From contig NC_043006.1 in the NCBI RefSeq assembly GCF_006345805.1, forward strand, positions 42,284,001 through 42,348,000: 64,000 nucleotides of DNA, given 5' to 3'. Made by a program: the position numbers and the translations under genes. Positions 13,407 through 26,949 of this stretch are shown piece after piece (the stretch's first letter is position 1; every line of letters begins with the position of its first letter). Source of the DNA: Octopus sinensis (lineage: Eukaryota). The notes beneath the pieces are model-generated. The model was not told where the DNA came from and made no database searches. It was given only the letters and a program-made list of their open reading frames with translations.

Positions 13407-13839
13407 GTAAGTACTATACCGAAAGCTACATTCAAATTCTTCGTTCTGTTACCTTATGTTCTACTAACTTACTCAATGCCATTGGCCCCATCCCAGTATT
13501 ACACCACATCATATTACAAAGCGAGCCAAAGAGAGAACCTTTATGTGATCGTTTGGCATTCTCGAAATACTTATTTACTTGTGCTTGCGGTGGAATTTAC
13601 CCGGGGTGGGACGAGCCGGTTCCGATCAACGAGTTCACTGCGTTCCTCATCAATGATGACCACATACGACCGTCGGCCCTAACGTTCCAGCTGGTAAATC
13701 AATGCGACTATCTGCGGCCCAAAAGTCCGGCTTGCAATTTTGATAAATGCCCTACTGGAAGAGCAAGCACGTCGGATAGCATAAACGCCGTAGCCGTAGT
13801 TGGCATTTCTTGTTGAGGTGTCGAATTTATATATATATT

Positions 13840-14262
<423 letters not shown>

Positions 14263-14963
14263 GCCTCTGGTTATTTCATGCTGAGAATTTCTCACAACGA
14301 ATTGGTGCTACACAGGTTTACCACTAACTACGAATTCTAAAAACTTAGTAATAGTTAAGCAGGAAAAAATATTTCTTTTTCTTTATTCTTTTATTTCAGA
14401 TTCAAACTTATAACCCCAGCAAGTATTATGATTACTACCCTTGTGTTAATTGTCTGATAGGAGACATGGCACAATTTTAAAAATTCCATTTTGTATCTAT
14501 TAATCAGCGGAAATAAGCAAAATTACCACAAAAATCCCATTCCTTCCCTTGTGCATTTCTGTTATTCCACTTTCATCGTTGACCTCTTTTGGTTATGTCA
14601 TAAGGTTAATTACATCAATTAATGCTCGGTCTATCAATAACTCTAAGCAGTGGAAAATAATTTTATTCTTGTCTAAACGATAATATTGTTGTACATGTTA
14701 GGAATTTATATCTTTTCCCAACTTTTTTCGAAGCTTCACATAACATTAACAATTTATTAGAACTAATATATATCTTAACCCATCAACTCTCCATGAATCA
14801 TAAATATGATTATGGCTCTTATAACTGAAATTAGGCCCACCATTCCTATTCCATCATACACCTTCATCACAGAACTTTAGGCTTCTTCTACTGCCAACAT
14901 ATAGATTTCTGTTCTAGAATGACTTCCTTGCACTGAAAGTCTTTATATCTCACTATAAACAGT

Positions 14964-15385
14964 AGGCTTAGGAGTGATTGTGTGGTAAGTAGCTTGCTTA
15001 CGAACCACATGGTTCCGGGTTCAGTCCCACTGCGTGGCACCTCTACTATAGCCTCGGGCCGACCAAAGCCTTGTGAGTGGATTTGGTAGACGGAAACTGA
15101 AAGAAGCCCGTCGTATATATGTATATATATATATATATGTGTGTGTATGTGTGTGTATATGTTTGTGTGTGTGTGTGTGTTGTCCCCCCCCCCCCAACGT
15201 CGCTTGACAACCGATGCTGGTGTGTTTATGTCCCCCGTAACTTAGTGGTTCGGCAAAAGAGACCGATAGAATAAGTACTAGGCTTACAAAGAGTAAGTCC
15301 TGGGGTCGATTTTGCTCAACTAAAGACGGTGCTCCAGCATGGCCACAGTTAAATGACTGAAACAAGTAAAAGAGTAAAGAGAGTA
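14964..15385 (+). mobile_element. SINE family B, near full length
   Basis: Same head, body and tail as 11292-11705. Confidence 0.88.
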
Positions 15386-15389
15386 CGTT

Positions 15390-15960
15390 GAGTCCTGATT
15401 TCGAGATTCGTCATACTGCATTATTTCCAACCTTTCTCTATGTTCACATGATATGCTAACTTTCAAGACGTCAAGGAATTCGAGACAGCGAGAGCGCATT
15501 ACTTGTTGATGTTTCCTGTTATATCCTTCATGAGATTGAGCATATTGAGATCAGCCTTCACCACCTCTTTTCCTATCTTTCTCGGTATCCTCTCCTGCTA
15601 TTTTCTTCCACTTGGTAACTAGTTTGGTTCTTCTTTAGCCAACTTATGCGGCACATGTCTGTACCAGGTTAGTCTCTTCTTTCGTATATCTAATTCTTAT
15701 ATCCAATTTTTCTCTCCGTTCATTTGTGCTCTGTCGTTCATATGCACTAATATTCACTGGGAGTATGCGCTCTTTATTCTTTCGAGTTTTGAATCATCCT
15801 TCAGATTCAAGGTCCATGTGTTGCTCCAATGCAATATCGCGCTCCATACGAAAGCATCGTATAACCTGTCCTACACTCATAGAGAAAAACCCTTTGTTTC
15901 CAGATAAATAGCTTCCTGAAATTGTTCACCCCTTTCTTACTCTGATATACTTTGAAACAC
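15390..15960 (-). mobile_element. RTE-clade LINE 3' relic
   Basis: Minus-strand decayed peptide TKGFSL...RLYDAFVWSAILHWSNTWTL resembles the RTE ORF C-terminus. Contains stops and frameshifts. Confidence 0.6.
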
Positions 15961-16734
15961 CAACCTAGACTGCTTTTTAAGTCACTTGTCTAACAGAAGC
16001 TATCAACTGTTCCTTGATTGCTTTCTGTGTATTTGAAAAAATTTATTTCATAAACCTTTTTACTGTTCGATCGGCTAAAAATATCAAATCTAACAGAAAA
16101 CGTCTTTCAAATCACTCTGACCTTAGTGTCCTAAATAAAGAACAATCCTGAACTCAGTAGCTTTGCATAAGGAGAAGAAAATGGGACAGTCAAGGATTGA
16201 GCATCTTTCGTCATCGGTCTAGTCGATCACGGCTACTTTTAGGTTCCGTAGTATAACACCTCTAACCACTGACATACTGTCTCTTTACTCTACCTTTTCT
16301 ACCACCATTACAAAGGCTTCTGCTCTTTTGAACAGGCTGATTTTTTTGCTACCTCTACTCAGGTATTCCACATTCATTCGTCTCACCTTCTCTCGTCACT
16401 CATATTGTGTCAGTTCCAGGAGCTGCAGTAATCATGACGTCGTGTCTTCCGTATCCAGCCATTTTCATATTAATTTCACGAGTAGGCTGTTCCATTGATT
16501 GACTCAACTGGAACAGTCGTCGTCGTAATCGACGGAAAGCCAGTTATTAAGAGGAACTTTTTTTCTTACTTTGTTCTCTGGAAGCATTTGAATAGGTTTC
16601 AATTTTAACTTCTAAAATGGCGGATAAAATATGCTTGTTTGATTTTTAAACGGCTCCGTCATGGTAAAAGTACAAGTGTATATATGTATGTATGTATATA
16701 TATATATATATGTTGTGTGTGTGTATGTAATATA

Positions 16735-16783
<49 letters not shown>

Positions 16784-17250
16784 AAAGGCTGGATATTAAA
16801 ATATTCTTCATTTCCAAATAATGGTTTTAAAAAATTCACTTTCTATGTGCATGACAATGAACTAAGTAAGAATTCTATTATTAACGCCGGTTACAGCAGA
16901 AATATAACCACAACGTTGTCTTATTCACCGTATTTTAATTCGATCTAACGAGGAAATAATGACAATAATAGTTTAAAGAGTAAATAAATGAATGCACTAC
17001 TTTTCATTAACAATGGAAAAGTTATTCAAAGACAAAAAAATTATTAATATCACATCTACTCAACGTATGTGTGTGTGGTGGTGGGGTGGAGTCTAGAAAT
17101 TGATGTTCTTTTAAAAATATTTTTTTTATTTAAATGTAATAGACTGAGGGAAGGAAGGAACATTTTTGAAAGACAAATTATGAGCGATGCCTCTGAAATA
17201 ATCTATTTTCGTGGATGATGCACTGTATTTTCACTGCACTATCTCTGTTA

Positions 17251-17311
<61 letters not shown>

Positions 17312-18178
17312 CGTAGAACGTCTGCACTGGCGATATATTGTCCGGTTATTACGTCATTTATTGATTGTTCCTTTTTTCCAAAATTTCTAAAAAAAATTCA
17401 CAGATCATAGAATAGAATCATTGTTTTATTTTTTTCCGTGTGTGTGTGTGTTGGAATTTCTTATTCATTCTCAATGAAATACGAAGTATTTGCTCAGTGA
17501 ATAATAAGAATAAGGAAAAGATTGAATAATGTTTAGCGAACGCATTTATTCTGCAGATGAAAAGCATAGCAATGAGCTCGCGATGTAATTACCTTGCAAT
17601 GGAATTACTATACCATGAAATAACATGTGATGTTAATTGCCCGGGATAAACTCACAGCAAGCCATTTATTAATCAGGAGTTTGGCTTCTAACCGTAAGGG
17701 TGTTGCACTTTCCGTACTCTCATGTTATAAATCAATATAAGTCAACTATTCAATACTCAATGACGTTACAGTTATTCCTGCTGTTGTTCTTCTTGTTGAT
17801 GATGGTGATGATTATGATGTTGCTGATGCTGTTATTATTATTATTGCCTAAGGTCATTACCTGTCCTTACGCTGACGGTAAAAAATTTTGTTAATCATCC
17901 ACGTCCCCTTTCATAAATTGTTCAAACAATGTTTAGATTGGGTTTCTTGGTGAAGATTAATAACAGTTGTCTATATGCTGAAAGACAGAGAAACACACAT
18001 ACACACACACACAAACACGCAAAAAAGGACTATATGCATTATATATACACATGTAAGTGTGACGAAGAAATGCCATGCCCTCGCATGATACTGCCTCTTA
18101 ATATTAGATTGTTATATAGGTAAAGTGTTTTTTGAAGCCTGTGTTGCATTATGATGACAATTTCTCTTAAAATTCCCG

Positions 18179-18636
18179 CATTTTGAATTAAAACGTGTTA
18201 GTTACTATGGTGACAACACTCCCTATCTATCTATCTTTATCTATTTCTCTCCCTCTCATCCTATCTCTCTTTCTTTCTCTCAGCAACAACAGTTTTTTTT
18301 CTCATTTCCTTCTTCCATTCTACATATATGACATTTTGAATCGAAACGTGTTAGTTACTATGGTGACAACACTCCCTATCTATCTATCTTTATCTCTTTC
18401 TCTCCCTCTCACCCTATCTCTCTTTTTTTCTCTCAGCAACAACAGTTTTTTTCTCATTTCCTTCTTCCATTCTACATATATGACATTTTGAATCAAAACG
18501 TGTTAGTTACTATGGTGACAACACTCCCTATCTATCTATCTTTATCTCTTTCTCTCCCTCTCACCCTATCTCTCTTTTTTTCTCTCAGCAACAACAGTTT
18601 TTTTCTCATTTCCTTCTTCCATTCTACATATATGAC
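18179..18636. repeat. Three-copy tandem repeat, 152-153 bp unit
   Basis: Units start at 18179, 18332 and 18484 (CATTTTGAAT..AAACGTGTTAGTTACTATGGTGAC...CTACATATATGA) and are nearly identical. Confidence 0.95.
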
Positions 18637-19035
18637 ATGACATAAATAACTTCCACGTAAGCCCTCCGTACTACCACCACCACCACAATCGGTTCGGAGA
18701 CCTTGAAAAAACAAAGTGTCTCTGACTGAAAGATAAAATAATTTTACTACATTCTTTCGGGGTCGATAAAATAAGCTGTCCTTGTGGCTAGATCACTTGG
18801 TTGGTAAACAAGCTTCTTAACGGCACTACCAGGCCTGTACCTATTTTCGTCGTTGCAGCGACTGTTATTGTTGTTGTCGTTGCTGCTGCTGCCGCTGCTG
18901 CTGCTGCTGCTGCTGCTGTTGTTGTTATTGCTATTGTTGATGTTGTTGTTATCGTTGTTGTTGTTGTTGTTGTTGTTGTTGGCAAAATAAGCTGCCCTTG
19001 TAGCAAAAATTTGAAATAATTATTAGGAGTCTATA

Positions 19036-19195
19036 GGCGTAGGAGTGGCTGTGTGCTTGCTTACGAACTACATGGTTCCGGGTTCAGTCCCACTGCGTGG
19101 CACCTTGGGCAAGTGTCTGCTACTATAGCCTCGGGCCAACCAAAGCCTTCTGAGTGGATTTGGTAGACGGAAACTGAAAGAAACCCGCCGTATGT
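19036..19195 (+). mobile_element. SINE family B 5' half, followed directly by a LINE fragment
   Basis: GGCGTAGGAGTGGCTGTG...GGTTCAGTCCC...GAAACTGAAAGAAACCCG. Confidence 0.82.
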
Positions 19196-19254
19196 ATATA
19201 TATATGTGTGTGTGTGTATGTATTTATGTATGTATGTATGTATGTGTGTGCGTT

Positions 19255-20110
19255 TGTGTGGTCTAGTTAAGGACCTAGAAGAAGACTGGAGGACTGGTAA
19301 TGCGGACCAAGCGAGGGTGAAAAGACTGGGGTTAAACCAGCATCTTGAAGTTCAACACATGGGAAGTATTGCCAGAGCTAAGTTACGTGCGATGGGAAGT
19401 GAAGGAATCAAGGCCGCTAGATGGGCCCGAGTGGTGGAAGCTCAGCAAGGAAATAGTTCCACTATTCGGTCTTTGACGAATCAAAATAGTGTCTTGGTAA
19501 ACGAACCCGAGAAAATGTGTGAGGCCTTTCAGAAGTACTTCGCCCAACTATTCAGGGGTGACGGTGGTCCTGGTGGTGGGAGACTTTCTTGCCGGGCTGC
19601 CGTGTTTCTCGGGGTCGGATGCGGAGTCTTGCGACGGGCCAATCACGCCTGTGGAGGTGATGGAGGCTTTGGCGGACTGTAAAACGGGTAAATCGCCAGG
19701 AATTGATGGTCTTCCGTACGAGCTGTATAAATGTATGCCAGACTTGTTCGGGCAACTACTGGCTGACGTGTACGCGGACTGGCAACAGAATGGGTTTATC
19801 CCCAGATCTGTACGCCGAGGAGTAGTGACGTTGGTCAGAAAGGACCCGGACAAGTGAGACGTTATAGAGAATTTCAGGCCCATCACTCTGTTAAACGCAG
19901 AAGTGAAGATTTTGGCCAAGGTCTTAGCAAAAAGGTTGGCGCGTGTCGCGAATGGTATAGTCGGAGAGGCTCAGACATGTGCCATCCCAGGTAGAACCAT
20001 TCAGGATACCCTCCATCTTATTCGCTATACCATAGAGAGGGTTGGTTATAAATCTGGCGGAAGCCTAGTGTTCTCGTAGACCGAGATTCGAGTGAATGGC
20101 ATAAAGAGTG
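19255..20110 (+). mobile_element. Tx1/L1-group LINE ORF2 fragment (start of the RT domain), pseudogenised
   Basis: KSPGIDGLPYELYK...GVVTLVRKDPDK*DVIENFRPITLLNAEVKILAKVLAKRL...QTCAIPGRTIQD. One frameshift and one stop. Confidence 0.9.
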
Positions 20111-20312
20111 CTGAAAGGCCCTCTTGCTATTCCGGCGCTCGAGCAACGCCAGCAGTGGGGGTTCCACACAGATTTTATATAGTGGGTTGGTAGAGTCTGA
20201 ATGCGACGATGGCCTGGGGGCTACACATCCTGGGGTACAGAGGATTCGCAATCTAGACTAGGGTCAGAACGTTTACCACACCATAGTGGGTTACACCATG
20301 GTTCCTCAGCTT

Positions 20313-20508
20313 TGTGGCAGAAGTAGGAAGAAAGAGAGAAAGTTGTGGTGAAACAGTACAGCGGGGTTCACCCCCCTCCCCGCCGGAGACTCGTGGAGCT
20401 TAGGTGTTTTTGCTCAATAAACACTCACAATACCCGGTCTGGAAATCGAAATCGCGTTCTTACGACCACGAGTCCGCTGCCCTAACCACTGGGCCATTAC
20501 GCTTCCAC
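20313..20508 (-). mobile_element. SINE family C
   Basis: Minus strand GTAATGGCCCAGTGGTTAGGGCAGCGGACTCG...TTTCGATTTCC tRNA-like head. Confidence 0.82.
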
Positions 20509-20676
20509 TGCTGCTGTTGTTGCTATTGTTGATGATGATGATGATGACGATGATGATGATGATGATGATGATGTTGTTGTTGTTGTTGTTGTTCGCTGTT
20601 TTAGTTTCCTAAATTAACCTTACAGTCTTAGAAGTATCGCTAATGTCTTTTTTTTTCTTTGCTCTTGTCGTTTCAG

Positions 20677-21123
20677 GTGAGAAAAGGCATCTGTGGGTGG
20701 TTGGCCTGTGTTCTTCGTATGAGTCGACCTGGAGTAGAGCGTTTGCGCCCCTTAAAGAAACACACCGTCCAGAACTGTCGTGCTCAAGAACTACGATTAA
20801 TCGAAAAGTCAACACGAAGCTTGCTAGCCAACACCGTGGACATTGAAGATGATTTTAAACATGACAGTAACCCGAACGGTGGCGTCAAACCACCACTCCC
20901 GGTTATCACCGACGCTTCTGGGCGCGGAGAGTTAATAACAATACTCAAAGAAGTTCAGAAAATAACGAAGAAATACAAAGAAGACGAAGATGACGAAGAG
21001 ATCAAAGGCGATTGGAAATTTGCTGCGATGGTCATTGATCGTCTGTGCTTTATCATTTGTGGTCTATTCACCGTGCTATCCACTATTATAATACTTACGT
21101 CCGCACCACACGTCTTTGCATAG
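20677..21123 (+). CDS. alpha7-like nAChR subunit, terminal exon (MX, cytoplasmic loop, MA, M4)
   Basis: Polypyrimidine tract then tttcag|GTG. 148 aa plus TAG. Contains EKSTRSLLANTVDIEDDF (cf. the ERSSKSLLANVLDIDDDF motif of invertebrate alpha7/Dalpha5-7-type subunits) and DWKFAAMVIDRLC...SAPH. AATAAA at 21235-21240. Confidence 0.95.
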   Translation: MRKGICGWLACVLRMSRPGVERLRPLKKHTVQNCRAQELRLIEKSTRSLLANTVDIEDDFKHDSNPNGGVKPPLPVITDASGRGELITILKEVQKITKKYKEDEDDEEIKGDWKFAAMVIDRLCFIICGLFTVLSTIIILTSAPHVFA

Positions 21124-21537
21124 ACGGACTGCCAACTTGTGGTGGAAAAAAAAAAAGAATTAACAACTCTTTGTAGATATTGTGACGAACTGAACAATAG
21201 ATAGAAAGGAACATTTTCAACATTTCACCGGTATAATAAAAAGAAAAAAAGTATGCATTTGTATGCGAGACGGAGAGAGAGAAGGAGAGAAAGGAAGAAA
21301 GATAGGCGAAAAGAAATGAAGAAGGAACGAAAGCAAGTTAGAAAGAGGTAATGCAGAATGATGGGAAAGGAGAAGTACAAGCTAGAAAGAGAGAGTGATT
21401 GAGAGTAAGATTGAGAGAGAGAGAGAATGAGAGAGTGAGAAAGAGATTTTATCAAACGAATTAGATGGATATCGAGAGAATGCAGTTGAAATATCTATAT
21501 CAAAAACCATATAATCAATTTATGTGTGTGTATGTGC

Positions 21538-21570
<33 letters not shown>

Positions 21571-21764
21571 CATATATATACATATATATACATATATATA
21601 TATATAATATGACATTAATTTTTTGTTCACAAATGTTAGATCAATCAAACGGGCATGTTAATATAGAACAGTAATTTTTCTCTTGTTCTCTTGTTCGTTA
21701 TAAACAACAAATATATATACATATATATATATAAAATACATATAATATATTATATATATATATA

Positions 21765-21809
<45 letters not shown>

Positions 21810-22173
21810 CGCACACATGCAGACCAACCAATTATGTATGCATCTATAGTTTAAGTATTTTTAGAATCCTCTGTATCACCTTAAATGGTGTGTTTAGTAC
21901 GTACTCCTAAATATACACTCTCTAAACACACCAGTAGTAATTTTCCTTTACAATTTTCGTCTACTTTTTACCTATTGTAATATTGTTTATCAAACAATTT
22001 GCTGTCAATTTATTGTTTCGATCAGTTTCAGGCTAACTCTCCATCCAAATATTTCCTTATCTCTCTGTCTTTTTATTAACCTGTCACTAATCACCATTTT
22101 CCTTCTCTGTCTGTGTAACCATCTCTTGGCACTCTATACCAACTTGTTGTTTACGTCTCGGTCATATATATAT

Positions 22174-22243
<70 letters not shown>

Positions 22244-22269
22244 CTACCTCGTCTGGCTTAACGGCCCAC

Positions 22270-22565
22270 CATGTTTGTTTTCGTTTAGTTTGTCGTATGT
22301 CGCCACTGTCCTGTTTTTGTTACCAACTCTGACCCTCCACAAATCCCGAATTTTATTTTGGTTCGCGGAAGCAACTGTTTTTCGAAGCCCCATATTGTCG
22401 TGAATTGCTCGAAATGTGGAGTAGATGAAGAGCCGACAACTGATGAAGGGTCGTTCTTTATGTTACTTGTCTTGTTTTCCATTTGTCTCTCTCGTTGTTC
22501 GTATACCCAAGTTTGCCTTCGTATTTCATGCTGCTTACGTTTTGTGACGTCCTGTATCCATATAT
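22270..22565 (+). mobile_element. Repeat of the 12.5-kb family, carrying a candidate permuted hammerhead (22388-22451)
   Basis: Homologous to 12720-12960. Contains CATA-TTGTCG...GCTC-GAAA-TGTGG...CGACAA-CTGATGA-AGGGT. Confidence 0.7.
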
Positions 22566-22687
22566 GCATGTATATATACATATAAATGTAACTATGTACA
22601 AATGTATGTATATATGCATATATATAATATATTATATATCCATATATAAGCATATGGTGTGTGTGTTGGTATATATATGTTATATAT

Positions 22688-22732
<45 letters not shown>

Positions 22733-23773
22733 TGTTTTTGTGGTAGGGTTATTATTACTATTATTACTATGTATTATATCAATGTAAATGATTCGTTACA
22801 GGTGGCCCTATGCTTCGCTCAATATGAGATTTTCGAAAGAAACAGGTATTTGTTCAAATGGGGAAAAGTTTTTACAAAGAATCTGTTTTCAGTATCTGTT
22901 TTTCTAAGTATGGAAGATTAAGCGATTTTATTTTATTTATAAAATTAACAATGGCGGCTAGTAATTTCAGGAATTGATATGTCTCTGTAAAAGTTGAAGG
23001 GCGAATCAAAGCTAGATACAAAAGGATATTTAAGGAGAACCAAAGAAAAGATTCATAAATACCAATAGCAAGAGAATATGTATTTGACTGTAAACACAAA
23101 AAAGAAACAGGACACTAGAAATAAGTGGGATAGCTGTGAGTCGGCAATGGTAACTAATTCTAAGTATAAGTGTGAAAAAACCATAGAAACAGTGTAATAG
23201 TGGGCATGAGTTCGAACGAAGAGGTTATTAGTTCAACTGATGAAATTTAAAGCTCAGAACGGTATAGGATTTCTAAATTAAAAGAGTTTATAAGATAATC
23301 ATGTAGATTAAATACTACTGCAGTCGGTCTGAGAGAAAGATAAAGTTACGAACATTTAGATCAATGTATGCTACCAAATCAGTGAGCTAACTACAGCGAT
23401 CAGAGATGCTTAATAAATAATCAATAAAGGATTAAGAAATTATGTGTGTGTGTGTGTGTGTTCGCGCGCGTTTGTGTGTGTGTGTGCATGTGTGTGTGTT
23501 TGCGTGTGCGTATGTATACATTAGTATACATTATATATATTTATATATATATATATATATGTATATTATATATATATATATATGTATGCGTGCATATGTA
23601 TGTATAATATATACATAAATATACATATATATATATGTATATATATACGTGAATGTGTATAGATGTGTATATATGTGTGCGTATATATATATATATTATA
23701 TACATATATATATATGAATATGTATACGTGAGTGTGTGTATATGTATATATAACATATATATATATATATAAC

Positions 23774-23823
<50 letters not shown>

Positions 23824-23831
23824 ATTATATA

Positions 23832-23863
<32 letters not shown>

Positions 23864-23909
23864 CTATATATATGTATATATATATATAGATATATGTATA
23901 TATATAATA

Positions 23910-23976
<67 letters not shown>

Positions 23977-23998
23977 TATATATGTATATATATATATA

Positions 23999-24075
<77 letters not shown>

Positions 24076-24527
24076 GGATAATAAAACGAATGGTTTACAC
24101 CTGGTAGCTTACTGGTAAAATCACGTTCACTTTTACACTATCTCTCATTTGCCAATCATGTATATATAAATATACATGTATATATTATGTACATATATGT
24201 ATGTATATGTGTGTGTGTGGTGTGTGTGTGCATGTGTGCGTGTGTAGTATATATAAAGTTTATGAAGTATCTATTAAAGTACATGGTATATAACCATTAT
24301 ATTACATTCCAAAACAGACGACTGGGGAGAAAATTCAAGTTCCAGCAAAATTTCACGTTACGGGTTTGCTGTCTATAATGATCACAATATGGATACACAG
24401 TATTTGACTGGAGAATATTGGTTAAAATTATTAACTAATAACATCATTACGCGTGTTTCAGTGACAATTACGAAATGATTTTTATGCAATTGTTCATGAT
24501 GCGTAAACTCATAAGTTTTTATAAAAA

Positions 24528-24927
24528 CTAGCAGTATCGCCCGGCGTTGCTCGGGTCTGTAAGGGAAATAACTATATAAGCATTTTTAGAGAGTTATAGC
24601 CAAAAAATAGCAAAAAAAATGTATTAAAAATGGAAAAAAAATTATGGTTTATTTCTTTTAAATCGTTGACTCATCGTAGACTTTTTAGAGAGAGTACTTC
24701 CCTTATATAATAGCGAAAAAAATGCATTTAAAATGGAAAAAAATTATGGTAAATTTTTTTTTAAATCGTAGACTCATCGTTAGACGCGCGTAATACCCAG
24801 AAGGGCTCGATATGAATCACAACTATAAGATACCGGTTTTGGTTAAACTGACACCGCAAAATGTGGGAGTAGTTAGGAATCTAAATCGTAGGAGACAGAC
24901 ACACAACTTGACTTTTATATATAAAGA
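24528..24927 (-). mobile_element. Non-autonomous Helitron
   Basis: Minus strand starts A|TC and ends CTAG|T, with the GC hairpin CCCGAGC-AAC-GCCGGG just before the end. No TSD. Confidence 0.8.
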
Positions 24928-26460
24928 TAAAGAATCGTTTTTAGCAACACTAAGCATTTATAGCAGTCAAGAAATTTGAAAGTGGAATATACCCAATAGA
25001 TTGAAGAAAAATGTCTGATTTAGATTTAAAGGGGTGATAAGAAACAACATAAAATAAAAGATATGTAAATCAACGTTGTGAAGAACAGAAACAAGTTGAC
25101 ATTAACAAGGATTGAACAGAGAAAACCATGGTAACATTTTTTATGGTTTTATACAAAACGCAAAAAACAAATGGACAGGTATTTTGACACGTTCCTAAAT
25201 CCGTGTTACACATATACGCAAACACACACATACACATATATATAATATATACATATAATTGTATAATTGTGTGTATATATATACATATATATATATATTA
25301 TATATATATATATATATAGATAGAATATATATAATATATATATGTATACTGTAAAGAGTGAGGGAATGGTGGGACTAAGAGAGGGATGGGGAAAGAGACG
25401 GAGATGGAAATATACTTCACCTTCGAATCTCTAGACTGCTATGTTATGTGATACGGAACATAATTCTTTATTTGTCATAACGTCTGACGAGGTGACGCCT
25501 GATTAAGTAAGTATTGCATAATATTTAATCTTACGTAATCTCTTCGTACATATCACTAAAACATGTGTAAGCCCATTATAAAAAAATGATTTCAAAACTA
25601 TATTTCCTAGTAACGAACTTGTGTGTGTGTGTGTAATACATATGCATATTTATGTAAATTATTTGATATGCATAAAAGCAACAAAAATTAGCTTAATAAA
25701 GGATTCGCCACAAGCCTCATATTTTCAGTAATTATATTTATAGTAACTTCGAAGTTTTGCCAGAGATACGGCTTATTCATGAAACATAACCATCTGTAAC
25801 GAATTACATTTACATCAATGTAGTCCCAAATTGAGTCTTTCCAGTTTATATATGTATGTGTATGCATGTATACTTAAATATGTGCGTCCATATATACATA
25901 CAAATATGTGTGCATACATATATACATATATGTGTGTTTGTGTGTGTGTGTATGCGCGTGTGTGAGTTTCCCGATGTGTATATGTTGAATTGAGAAACAA
26001 CTGTTCCAGTTTTATCTTTTTAACAATTTGTTTTTATGAATTGCTTGTAGTTCCTTTGGAATAGTAAAGTCCTCAAATCCATCATCAATGTTTCTAGACA
26101 TTCGTAGTCACATCTTCTGGATGAAGTGATGTTGGTGTCTTACTGCCTCTTTATAGCAAAGAGGTCCGTAGCTATTGGTGTAGACTTTTGATAGATTTAT
26201 ACGTCACTATTCAGTTGTGTGATTGGTGTACGTTGTCCGTATGTTCGAAACAAACAGCAAGAAACTTTTATGAAAAAATAGGAAGAAATCAACTTTTATT
26301 CATTTCATTTGCCATAGAGGCAGTACAAAAATGAGTAGCTTGGCGGGCTGGAAAAGACATTGATGAGACGAATGATAATAATACAAGATTATAAGGATGG
26401 GCGAAGCTGATCCGCATGCAATACATGTATAGATACGTATACGAGTGTATAAACGTGTAT

Positions 26461-26545
<85 letters not shown>

Positions 26546-26949
26546 TATGATTCCGCGTTACTACAGTAGTAACCACAATCAGCAGTAATTAGTCAGAATT
26601 CAGTATACCTGCTTTATAATGTACAATATTATGAAGCTCCGGTGGCGAGTGTGTGTGAAATAGCTGACATCCTCCACTCCAGATTCTTAATAGCTAAAAA
26701 GGCAGTACAGAGCATAATATCAACTAAAATATGAATGACAAAAGAACAAGTAACGTAATCATTTTCAATAGCTTACAACCGCGACTTCTTAAATACATAC
26801 ACACATAAATAAATACATACATACATAAATACATGCATACATACATACATACATTTATACATATATACATGCGTACACGTCTATACACATGCATAATCAT
26901 ACACGCATTTAGCGATGTAAACCATGAAAGGTGTACTCGATACAATTTT

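Noticed and set aside
18179-18636. CRISPR-like array
   Set aside because: Whole 152-153 bp units repeat with no unique spacers. The context is eukaryotic and there are no cas genes.
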